From: Basidiobolus meristosporus CBS 931.73
Taxonomy: Eukaryota > Fungi > Basidiobolomycota
Reading direction: 5' to 3'
Length of the DNA stretch: 50,630 nt
Assembly: GCA_002104905.1 (NCBI GenBank)
Contig: MCFE01000641.1
Span: 1 to 50,630 of the forward strand
The translations under genes were made by a program, and so were the position numbers. A model generated the notes under the pieces. The model saw nothing but the letters and a program-made list of their open reading frames with translations. It did no database searches and was not told the origin of the DNA. The stretch's first letter is position 1, and every line of letters begins with the position of its first letter. Positions 36,756 through 47,722 of the stretch are shown here, piece after piece.

Positions 36756-38548
36756 TGTGATGTCATTAGGAACTCTGCTGATTTCTAGTACCTTCTAGAA
36801 CTTGCATACAAGTATGTACTTGGCAATCAGGATTTGTATTTAAGTAGAGTCAATTGCACATCAACATATCATCCTATATATCATTGAGCCTCACTCCTTA
36901 TTGATTAGCAGTTGATCACTGCACCAACCTTTAGCTATTACACTTAAGACTTACTAATGAGTAGTTTTCAGGAAAGTGTAAAGGACACAAAGAGACCTTT
37001 GGAGACACCTGGAGCACCTAGGAAGCTGGGGAAACAGGATCTCCTACCATAGTGATAGATTGAGAGTCACCAGCAGTTTAGACCCTGAGGTTATGGGACC
37101 CATTGGACAACTTAAAGCACCTTGAGTTGTGTAGCTTCTCTGAGTAGTATGTTTAAAACAACACCCCACTTAATTCATATTGACACCTTCCTTGTTCCTT
37201 TGGTGTTGGTGATATTGGTGAAAAGGCTTTTGACAATGACTCTGACCAGATGTTTTGTGCAAAGTTGCTGTTAGTTTAACTTTTCAATACCAAAAGAAAT
37301 TGCTGTACAGTACAAAGTATCTGATTGCTACTGTTGCAAAGGGATTGGAGGTAAAGCACAACCCTTCTTGATATACCATAAATCATTCACCAGGAAGCAG
37401 GCGTGTAGGGTGCCCTTTGATATTGCCTGTGAGTCTTTGGTAGTATGTACAGATATGGAATGATCCATATGAGCTACTTAACCAGCCCACAAGTTTCCTG
37501 CTGAGGGTCAAAGCCATCTTGATAACTTTTCATAAAAGCAAGACTGGGTTGCATGTTATGAAGAATGTATTGAAGAGTGTCTTTGTAGCTGCTTCATATA
37601 ACACAGCTCCCTTGTCCAAGATACTTGGGAAAACTCTTGTATATGTCCAGTGAGTTGAGTACCTGAAAGCAACAGAGTCAGAGTCAAGTGTGGCAATAGA
37701 GAGTACGCCATTACTGCAATATCTCAAAACAAATATTGCATTTATTAGTTTATTTTGCCTTTGCTCCTACAACACATATATGAAAGCTTAGTAATTTTCA
37801 ACTTTGAAGGACAAAACCTCAAGGTCTTGACTATCAGTCCAATAAAGACTAGTATTCCCTGCAGAATGCTCAGTGAACAGTACATGTCTCAAAAACCAGC
37901 CTATTTGAGGCAGTATTCAAGGAGTTATGATCAATAAAGTACAATGAGCAAATTCATTAGCCCCCCTTACTAGGTTGCCCTGGTGACTTCAATTGCATCA
38001 AATTTTTGATTTAGCCATTCAAGTGATATGAGATTCCCACAGGTGCTGCATCTATGTTCAGTCTGTGTTACTGCAAAGGTTAGCATAGTATTTTATGTGT
38101 TGCTTGTACAATAGTCCAAAAACTCTTGTACTTTGGAAACTTCTTCTATATGACTTATCCAGGGGAAAAATAAAAGACAGCCTCTCTTACTAAAATCTCT
38201 GCACTACAATTGAAGTTCAAAGGTTTAAGACTCTTGCCTGCATTACTTACACTGTTGAGTGTCTGGATGTTGATCAGTGCTATGCCAGTAAAGAGACTCC
38301 TCAGCTCACATCATCAAATATAGGCATTACACTTAGAGAGTAGGTGTTATACTAAGGGCTAGAAAAAGGTTAGAAGAGCAGGGGGTCAGGGGGATGCAGT
38401 CCTCTAGAGAAAAAAAGCAGGGGGTTTTGGGGATGCAATCCACCATACTGCTCCCATACACTTTAAATTCCCTCTGGGTTACAATTCCTCCTCCTAGCAC
38501 TTATCACCCATACCACAAATATTTGTACCCTACAATTGGCACATTGTC

Positions 38549-39521
38549 TTAGGGGGAGGAAAAGTCACCAAGGTAGGTGAAATCTTTATTTGATTTCAGA
38601 CAAGTTTAACTACAAATAAAGAAGCCAGCTGGGAATGAAGATTCCCAAAGTAAACACCAAGTTGAATATGAATAAATCTGAGCTAAAGTTTAGACAGTAT
38701 CCCAGAGTACACTGGAGTTCGGGTTCATGGGGGAGTGAAGCAGATAAGCTTGAGAGATATAATAATCTGCTAAGAAGTGGGTAACAGCAGGTGAAGGGGA
38801 GTTTTTGATAAGTGAAGTGAATCCTGAGAGCAGAGATTCCTCTAATGAGAAGGTCTTGTAAACTGGAGAATCAGGAAACTCTTTAAAGGCATGGTCAGTA
38901 GGTTCCCAGTAAAACTGGTCAGAGACATTTTGAGAAAATTGCCGGGCAATACTTATGTCAAGCACTACCTCCAGAGTGTGATGGTTGATAAATCTCATGT
39001 TAACAATCTTAGACAAATTGTAACCTTGTTGCTTGAGATACATCCTATGCTCAGATATAGGAATAAACTCCACAGTTGGCAAAGTAGCAGACAGCCCAGT
39101 CAGTAGCAGGAAGTAAATCAGAAGTGGCAGGAAGCTTTCTTTCAGTCTTGGGAGGAGCAGCAGGATGTCTTGAGGAAGCAGGAACAGGCTTTTTGACAGC
39201 TTCAGAATTGGAAGAGTGAGCAGGCGCAGACAATTCTTGGGCAGTCTTGTTGACAGGCAAGAGTTGGCACAGGGACAATAAGTCTTGTAGATCAGAAAAG
39301 GCAGAAAAAAGCTTTTGAACTTGTTTCTTGAGTAAAGCATTTTCAGCTTCACCAAGTGCAAGCCTTTCCTCCAGGAAGGAAATCTGAAGGGAATGAAGTG
39401 AAGGAATAAGAAATAAGAAGAAGAGGGTAGTAAATGGTGGGTGGGTGAGAAAATTGGCAGGGAGAAGAGAAGGAAGAAGCAAAATGAAGATGAAGAACAG
39501 AGTGTTACTTGTGGTGCGCAT
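38549..39521 (-). mobile_element. Telomeric module 1: decayed ORF1/gag-like module with the shared 3' motif
   Basis: TTAGGGGG junction at 38549, shared motif to about 38628; homologous to 47723-48650 but with ATG>ATT, frameshifts and an early stop. Confidence 0.88.
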
Positions 39522-39816
39522 CCAGATGCAGATATTGTAGATAGTATCAGTGAATCACACTCATCAATTATTTCATGTAAAAGGCCACAATTAACAGCCC
39601 CACCTACAGAAATACCAGTTTTGGGTACATCAATGCCATCATTGCCGCCACCACCACCACCGCCATTATTAATGTCTTGAAGAAGTCAGATAAATAAAAT
39701 CAATGATTCTTTTTTGTATTATGCAGAGTTTAATTGATATATTAATAAAGCATGCATAGTGCATTATCTACTTGCCTAATATTTAACTAGCCAGTTGTAG
39801 ACTATAACAGATAGAC

Positions 39817-42570
39817 TTGAGGCAAGCCACAAAGATAGTTACTCTGCTCATCATGACAACAATAGATATGACAACCGGAGAAAATGATTACAAACTGTAT
39901 CAACAATGTCTTGGTTTATATCTGGCAGGAGTAATATCTGTTACTAGGCGCAGTTATTCTTCAGTGACAGTCACACCATCACTAAGAGACATATTTTTAT
40001 ATGGTGGATATCTTGTGGAGCACTTGAGAGATTTATCATTGGAGGGACACCATAGTAATAGTGGTAGGAGAGGTACCAGTGCTGGTAGCCAAAATTTCTC
40101 TCTAACAGGAATTCTTGGCTAACTTAACTCTGGCATTTTGAGAATTAGAATGACTGATATTTGGAATACTGAAGATACTAGAACCAGTACCTTCAATGGA
40201 CAGCAAGATAGTCAGCCTATTTTTTCTACAGGATACTATTACTAGAATTAGAGTCACAGGAAGACTTCTTCTTAGTAATATTTGCGCAGGTGATCATAAG
40301 AATCTTTATGTATTTGGTGGTTTGAGGTAGAGAACAAAATTTCCAACCCAACAACTAACAAAAGTGGAGATGGAGAAATTATTGAAGCTGCAGCAACTAT
40401 TCATTGTAAAGATAATTTCAATTGTATGGATCCAAGTAAGCTACAAGTTATTTGTTACACAGATGCTGATCAGAAGTGGAGAATGTGTAGTAGTAGTACC
40501 CTTCAAACTAAACCATTCATGGGGAACCCCAAAAACATGCCAACCCAACAAGCCTGGGCAACTCTAACATATGCATACAGTTGCTTATTTCTACTTGGTG
40601 GATATGCCATTTCCAACACAGAAATACCTATATTCCCTCCAGAGGATACCCCCTTTTTAAATGAGTTTTATTGCTTGAGGCTACGCACTGGGACTTGGGA
40701 GAAGCTCTATATTCACTCTACAATTCAGAAGGAGTTACTAGGGAATGCTATTTTGGTTGTCAATGAATCTGCAAATCTAATTCATTACATGAACAAGGAA
40801 AACGTTGCTTTTACATATGACATTGATATTAGAATATGGATTTATCCACCTGACCCAGCACAGCATATTAGTACTAAGCAACTTCTGGGACAAATACTCA
40901 ATGAGTCAGCTGGAGTACCACTCACAAGTATGGATGGAAGAAACAATAATTTACTTAGACAGAGTGCTGAGACTCTCAAAGTTCCTCTTAAGAATCATCA
41001 AATCTTTGGTGTGCATTGGCTTAAATACACAGAAGTACTTCATAATGGAGCATTGCTTGCAGATTCCATGGGGTTGGGGAAAACTCAAGAGATATTGAGC
41101 TTGATTGTGGAAACACCTATGCAACAACCAAATCTCATTATTGTTTCATTATCATAACTATTGAATTGGCCAGAAGAAATCAAGAGCAAAACACAAATAT
41201 CAATGCATGAGATACATGTGTTCCATGGGAAATATCAAGCCATACACATGGTTGATATAAAGGCCAAATGGATTGTCCTCACTACCTATCATATGCTTTG
41301 TGTAGAAGCAAAGAACTCTGGATCACCTATCTGGAAGGTGGAATTTGGTCAGGTAGTAGCTGATGAAGCAGTTATACTGAAGAACTATTCTGGTGGAAGC
41401 ATAAATGCAATAGCCAAGGTGAACGGAAAGTCCTTAATTCTTATCACCATGACTCCTTTTCAAAATGATCTTATTGATTTATACTTGTACTTTATTCTCT
41501 TTGGTCAATGGGAAGGCACTCCAAAGGATTTGCAACAACTATTGAATGAGGAGAATAATGCTAATTGGCTTGTTAACTGGCTGGTGAAAAGATTAGGCCA
41601 TATAGTTTTGAGACAAGTACCCGAGTCTCAACTTTTGGAGAGAGAGCAGTACAAATGACTGATATACAAGAGCAGATTATTCTGTGTCAATTATCCATGG
41701 AAGAACAAAAGAAATATACTGAGCTACTAGCAGAGCTGCCAAATGACATTAGTAAGATGGGAGCTAATACATATTTGTGCCTATTTTCATATCACCCATT
41801 CATGTATACCTGGAGCAGAGAGAAGAATATTAGTTTGCAACAAATAAACACTATTGATGGGGAAGAGGATGATGTAGAAGCTGTTTCTGCTGGTATTCTT
41901 CATCAGAGAGTACATTACTAGGTAGCAGAGAAGAAGAAGAAGAAGAAGCAGTAGAGTGTACATCTTATTCTAACCCCTCTTCATTGTTGCCCAAAATGAC
42001 TCCTGAGCAAGTGGAAATAGATCACGCCATTGATAACAATAATGCCACTCCCAATGATGGCATACTTGTAACAGACACCCAGCAAAGAGGCAATACCACA
42101 GAGGGGTTAGATTTGGAACAAGTCTTAATGGAGGATTTTATTTCTGATGTTGAGAATAACACAGTTAACAAACATAGTGCAAAGACACAGCAATTGATTG
42201 ATATTCTGCAAAAGGAGATATTTGCTAATGGGAGCACAATTAGGTTGTCATATTTTCCTCTTTTAATCTGATGCTTGATTTAATTGCATATCATTTGAAG
42301 AGAAATTCAATCACTTTCCTTACTAAAACCAGATCTACTCCAGTGCAAGCTTAGAAATGCAATCTCAAACAATTTGTACTACCAGTTCCAGAGAATGAAA
42401 TCTGGGTCTTATTAATGAACCTTAAATGTGGTGCCTTTGGGTTGAATTTACAGATGGTGTCAGTGATGATCTTCACTGACAACTGGTGGAATCTGTTTGT
42501 TGAAGCCCACGCAAAAGCTTGTGTACAGAGAGTGAATTAGCCAAAGAATATAGTCAGTGACCAGCTGATA
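39817..42570 (+). pseudogene. Kelch-repeat + SNF2-family helicase pseudogene inside the subtelomeric array
   Basis: Kelch-like RSYSS..IFLYGG, LYVFGG (40304), LFLLGGY...WEKL; SNF2 GALLADSMGLGKT, IVLTTY, VVADEA, TPFQNDL; HELICc GAFGLNL...DNWWN (42400-42540); in-frame stops at 41155 and 42538 plus frameshifts. Confidence 0.8.
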
Positions 42571-42671
42571 ATGCAGGATTTGTTTGAATCCCAAGGACTT
42601 ATTGACAGTCAAACCCAAAAGCTTGACTTATTGACTAGAATGACCTGTACATGTGTTGATGAATATTCCAC

Positions 42672-44244
42672 TTAGGGTTAGGGGGGGAGACATTCACCAA
42701 CAGGTGAAAATCTTTATTTCAGTTGAAACAAAGAAGCCAGCGCTACTGTTGTAGCTTTGATACAAGAGTGTGTAGCTGAGGGGAATTTGTTGGTAAGTTA
42801 ATAAGAAGTGATGATAGTTCTTCAGTGGTCAAGACACTGTTCAGTGGGAAGGGGGGTAGCAAGAGAGGTAAGAATGACTTGTGAACAACATTAATGAGGG
42901 GAATGTGATAAGGATTGATATTCATCATAAAGGGTGTGTGCTGCTGCAGATATTGCTGCCAAAGGTCTGTCAAGTACCTCAGGTAGGCCAGCTTGGGTTT
43001 TTCTGACTGCAGAATAAGTTCAGCAAACTTCTTGACTTCAGGATCTCCAAGTATAGTTCTCCAGCAGGAGTCAGGTGTAGTGTGGTGTGTTCTCTTCCAT
43101 GCCTTAATCAGTGGGTTGTTGCAGTTGTGAAGTCTGAGGTATAATCTGGTTCTAAGGTAGAGAAGTCTGATCTTATAGGGCATAAACCCAAAAGCACCAA
43201 GAATAGCATGTCTGTAGGGGCATTCAGGCAAATCAGGCACCAAGGAGGTAATGCACCATACTGAAAACTTGTCAAGCTTAGTGCAGTCTCTAGAAGTAAG
43301 AGAGAGAAGTGGTAAGCCAAATTCCAGGACAGGGAAGACAAACTGCTTGAGTAGAAGGAGGCAGCTGGGAGCTGAAGTTGTAGGAGGAGTAACAACCAGT
43401 AGCTTGTGGAGTGCCTGTCTTGCCAGGATAATTCTCTTCTTCAGGTGTGCTCCAGAGTCTAGTCCAGTAGGAAGGAAAGGAAAGCCAAGATATGTAGCAG
43501 AAACCTGAGCAGGTAGAGTGGAGTTCTCCAAGTTGATGGGAGAGCCCAAAGGTACTGTCTTTGCAATGGAAAGCTGGAGATTATTCTTCTGCAGATACTG
43601 GTGGATGGTCTGGGAGTCTTGTTGCACATTGGAGGAGGATATTCTGATGTCATCAGCAAAGAGAGTAACCAGGCAGTCAGCTGAGAGTCTTGGGAAATCA
43701 TTCAGGAAGATGGCAAACAGTATAGGACCAAGCACAGAGCCTTGAACCACTCCATTAGGAACTGAGAACACAGCTGATTGCTCACTTGGGTGCAGAATTC
43801 TTGCTTGTGGATCCAGAAACAGAGACCTGACAAGGAGGGTGAGAGAGGTACTGGAGAAGCATTGCAACTTGGATCAAAGCAGATTTCTATCAACTGAATC
43901 AAAGGCCTTAGTAATATCAAACAGAACAGAGGGATACTTGCACTGGAGAAAGTGATCTTGGCTAAGTATGACTGCATATTCCAAGGAGAGGCCAGGAACA
44001 AAGCCAAACTGTGCAGGATGAAACTTGAGGGAGTCGGAGTAGAGCTCCTGAGCAAGCAGAAGCTCAAACACCTTTCTGCAGGTGGGCAGCAGAGATATTG
44101 GCCTGTAGGAGCTAGGATCCAGGTGCTTTCCTTTACCCTTGTACAGTGGCAGAACATTTGCAAAGGACCATTGCTCAGGAGTAGAAAGCTGGGCTGAACA
44201 TTGCTGAAACAGTAGAAGCAGAAGTGCAGACATGGCCTTGGTAC
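42672..44244 (-). mobile_element. Telomeric module 2: 5'-truncated RT-A non-LTR element with a TGG>TGA nonsense at 43874
   Basis: Near-identical to the 3' 1.55 kb of 45437-47669; TTAGGGTTAGGGGGGG junction at 42672; ends at GGTACT. Confidence 0.93.
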
Positions 44245-45436
44245 TTAGGGGAGGGAAAGTCACCAAGTTGGTGAAATCTTTATTTGGGTTAAGAACTAAT
44301 GTAGGTACAAATAAAGAAGCCAATTAAGAGGTCTAGAACCTCTCTAATAAGTAATCTAATTTATGTTTTGTTTCATCTCTAATGTTTGTTTCAATAAAGT
44401 AAAGCTTGTCAGGGGTAAATATAAAATACAGGGGTTTTGGGGGATGTACAAATTGTAGATGTTTCTGATCTATATAATCCAAGACTGGAACCCAGCCTGG
44501 GATTAGGTGTAGTAGGAAAGGTGTGTGGACTTGTAAGTAGCGCTGCCACATAGATCTTAGATGGTCCTGAGCCAGTAGTCTTGGTTTTTCAGCTTTTTGA
44601 AGTTTTGAAGCAAGCTCTGTTACTACAGCAGAGCCAACCAGGGTGTGCCAGCAAGAAGATTTCAGGGAAGAGTTAGATTGAAGCCATTGTTTGATGGAGG
44701 GGTTATGTGATTTCTGAAGTTTGACAAGGAAGGAAGCACGGAGATAGACCATTTGGATTTGGTATGGGTAGAAGCCAAAGGCTCCATTAGTTGAATGGAT
44801 ATAGGGAGATACTGGAAGATAAGGTACCAAGGATCTGATACACTGATGGAGATATTTATCCAGGTGGTGAAGTTCTCTGGAGGTTAGGGGTATAATGTGG
44901 AGACCAAATTCAAGTACCAGCAGTACATACTGCTTCAGAAGTATAGGGATCTTTTGAATTGGAGTGTCTGGAGTGACTACTACCAGAAGCTTTTTGAGAG
45001 CCTGCTGGGCAAGACGGATCCTATTATTCAGGTGGAGCTTTGAGTCAATCCCATGTTGACAAAATGGCAGACCTAGATATATTGCAGTTTGTTGTGGCAG
45101 AATGCTAGTGTTCTGTATAGTTGTAGTGCATCCAATTGGGACTGTCTTGGAAATTGAGAGAGAGAGGTTGTTGGCAGCCAAGTACTTCTCAATGATGGCA
45201 GTGTCTGCTATGGGATCAGGAGTAGCAATCTTGATATCATCCACATAGAGAGTTAGTAGTGGATAGGGAGAGTCTGGTGAGGGGCCTTTTGGAAATAAAG
45301 GAAAGTCATGTAGGAATATCACAAATAGTAAGGGACCTAGTACAGATCCTTGGACTACTCCATTTGGAACCTCATAAGTCTCTGGTGTACAACTTGGATG
45401 CAAAATTTTGGCTGAGTTCTCACAAAATAGAGAATG
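44245..45436 (-). mobile_element. Telomeric module 3: 5'-truncated RT-B (second RT subfamily)
   Basis: GVVQGSVLGP, LYVDD, YLG, GAFGFYPY; clearly diverged from RT-A; same 3' motif at 44245-44322; frame open to the stop at 44333. Confidence 0.92.
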
Positions 45437-47669
45437 TAGGGGGGGGGAGACAGTCACCAACAGGTGAAATCTTTATTTCTGTTGAAACAAAGAAGCCAGT
45501 GCTACTGTTGTAGCTTTGATACAAGAGTGTGTAGCTGAGGGGAATTTGTAGGTAAGTTAATAAGAAGTGATGATAGTTCTTCAGTGCTCAAGACACTGTT
45601 CAGTGGGAAGGGGGGTAGCAAGAGAGGTAAGAATGACTTGTGAACAACATTAATGAGGGGAATGTGATAAGGATTGATATTCATCATAAAGGGTGTGTGC
45701 TGCTGCAGATATTGCTGCCAAAGGTCTGTCAAGTACTTCAGGTAGGCCAGCTTGGGTTTTTCTGACTGCAGAATATAGTGAGCAAACCTCTTGACTTCAG
45801 GATCTCCAAGTATAGTTCTCCAGCAGGAGTCAGGTGTAGTGTGGTGTGTTCTCTTCCATGCCTTAATCAGTGGGTTGTTGCAGTTGTGAAGTCTGAGGTA
45901 TAATCTGGTTCTAAGGTAGAGAAGTCTGATCTTATAGGGCATAAACCCAAAAGCACCAAGAATAGCATGTCTGTAGGGGCATTCAGGCAAATGAGGCACC
46001 AAGGAGGTAATGCACCATACTGCAAACTTGTCAAGCTTAGTGCAGTCTCTAGAAGTAAGAGAGAGAAGTTGTAAGCCAAATTCCCGGACAGGGAAGACAA
46101 ACTGCTTGAGTAGAAGAAGGCAGCTGGGAGCTGAAGTTGTAGGAGGAGTAACAGCCAGTAGCTTGTGGAGTGCCTGTCTTGCCAGGATAATTCTCTTCTT
46201 CAGGTGTGCTCCAGAGTCTAGTCCAGTAGGAAGGAAAGGAAAGCCAAGATATGTAGCAGAAACCTGAGCAGGTAGAGTGGAGTTCTCCAAGTTGTTGGGA
46301 GAGCCCAAAGGTACTTTCTTTGCAATGGAAAGCTGGAGATTATTCTTCTGCAGATACTGGTGGATGGTCTGGGAGTCTTGTTGCACATTGGAGGAGGATA
46401 TTCTGATGTCATCAGCAAAGAGAGTAACCAGGCAGTCAGCTGAGAGTCTTGGGAAATCATTCAGGAAGATGGCAAACAGTATAGGACCAAGCACAGAGCC
46501 TTGAACCACTCCATTAGGAACTGAGAACACAGCTGATTGCTCACTTGGGTGCAGAATTCTTGCTTGTGGATCCAGAAACAGAGACCTGACAAGGAGGGTG
46601 AGAGAGGTACTGGAGAAGCATTGCAACTTGGACCAAAGCAGATTTCTATCAACTGAATCAAAGGCCTTAGTAATATCAAACAGAACAGAGGGATACTTGC
46701 ACTGGAGAGAGTGATCTTGGCTAAGTATGACTGCATATTCCAAGGAGAGGCCAGGAACAAAGCCAAACTGTGCAGGATGAAACTTGAGGGAGTCAGAGTA
46801 GAGCTCCTGAGCAAGCAGAAGCTCAAACACCTTTCTGCAGGTGGGCAGCAGACATATTGGCCTGTAGGAGCTAGGATCCAGGTGCTTTCCTTTACCCTTG
46901 TACAGTGGCAGAACATTTGCAAAGGACCATTCCTCAGGAGTAGAAAGCTGGGCTGAGCATTGCTGAAACAGTGGAAGCAGAAGTGCAGACATGGCCTTGG
47001 TACTAGTCTTCAGAAGCTCATAAGAGATTGTGTCCACACCTGGAGCAGTAGAGTTGGGAAGCCTCTTGAGCACATTATGGATTCTCCTTTGATCAAGTGC
47101 AAGTGGGATGGGCAGAGTCTTGAAGTCAGGATGAAAGCCAGGAGTTGAGTACTGCTTTGTAGAGAAGAAGATGTTAGCCAGCTGTTCTGTTGAAGGTAAC
47201 TTCCTGGAAGAGGGCCTCATTGCCCTGTAGAGTCTTGATACTGTTCTTGTTATAGAGTTGGAAGATTGCAGAGGCAAAGAACTCATAATATGATCCCAGA
47301 GCTGAGTATGCAGAGTGTGGTGAATTGCCTTGGAGTGGTGTATTGCTGTCAGGAGGAGTTTCTCTGTTTTTGGGTTAGGGAAACTCAGGTAGCTTTGTTG
47401 CAGGGCTGAAACAATGGATTCCCATTTTCTTGAGGTAACAGCAGTAGTCTTGCATGGTAGTGAAAGGGAGGCAGACACCAGAATCAGATGCTTCACAAAG
47501 AGCCAGGCATAGTTGAGATCATCTGGCAGAGAAAGTAGCAAACTGGCAAGCTTCAAGTTGTTCCCAAAGTCTTTCTTCTGATTCTTGGTAGCTTTGTGGG
47601 TGAGCACAGTAAGTTTTGGCAGCTTCCTCTTCACAACTGGTTGCATAGAAAGGGACCAGGCTGGGTGGG
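45437..47669 (-). mobile_element. Telomeric module 4: longest RT-A non-LTR element
   Basis: Shared motif 45437-45499, 714-aa ORF, capped by TGGGTGGGTTAGGGTTAGG. Confidence 0.95.
45502..47646 (-). CDS. LINE-type reverse transcriptase, 714 aa, no recognisable endonuclease or RNase H
   Basis: TAPGVDTI (domain 0), W..ANVLPLYKGKG, YRPICLL, QFGF, FDITKAFDSV, GVVQGSVLGP, LFADD, YLG; uninterrupted frame. Confidence 0.93.
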   Translation of the reverse strand: MQPVVKRKLPKLTVLTHKATKNQKKDFGNNLKLASLLLSLPDDLNYAWLFVKHLILVSASLSLPCKTTAVTSRKWESIVSALQQSYLSFPNPKTEKLLLTAIHHSKAIHHTLHTQLWDHIMSSLPLQSSNSITRTVSRLYRAMRPSSRKLPSTEQLANIFFSTKQYSTPGFHPDFKTLPIPLALDQRRIHNVLKRLPNSTAPGVDTISYELLKTSTKAMSALLLPLFQQCSAQLSTPEEWSFANVLPLYKGKGKHLDPSSYRPICLLPTCRKVFELLLAQELYSDSLKFHPAQFGFVPGLSLEYAVILSQDHSLQCKYPSVLFDITKAFDSVDRNLLWSKLQCFSSTSLTLLVRSLFLDPQARILHPSEQSAVFSVPNGVVQGSVLGPILFAIFLNDFPRLSADCLVTLFADDIRISSSNVQQDSQTIHQYLQKNNLQLSIAKKVPLGSPNNLENSTLPAQVSATYLGFPFLPTGLDSGAHLKKRIILARQALHKLLAVTPPTTSAPSCLLLLKQFVFPVREFGLQLLSLTSRDCTKLDKFAVWCITSLVPHLPECPYRHAILGAFGFMPYKIRLLYLRTRLYLRLHNCNNPLIKAWKRTHHTTPDSCWRTILGDPEVKRFAHYILQSEKPKLAYLKYLTDLWQQYLQQHTPFMMNINPYHIPLINVVHKSFLPLLLPPFPLNSVLSTEELSSLLINLPTNSPQLHTLVSKLQQ

Positions 47670-47722
47670 TTAGGGTTAGGGGGGATGATCATCACCAAAG
47701 GGTGAAATCTTTATTTAAATAA
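47670..47722 (-). mobile_element. Telomeric module 5: abortive mini-insert (about 50 bp) consisting only of part of the shared 3' motif
   Basis: TTAGGGTTAGGGGGG-ATGATCA-TCACCAAAGGGTGA-AATCTTTATTT-AAATAA, then TAGGGTTAGGG. Confidence 0.8.

Noticed and set aside
36756-38548. CpG-free decayed sequence that may be an old gene or transposon
   Set aside because: Many stops in all frames; I could not recognise a family.
42743-47646. Classification as Penelope-like (Athena/Coprina) or as CRE/MoTeR
   Set aside because: The RT has LINE-type domain 0 and QGSVLGP motifs unlike PLE RTs, and lacks the C-terminal restriction-like nuclease of CRE/MoTeR.
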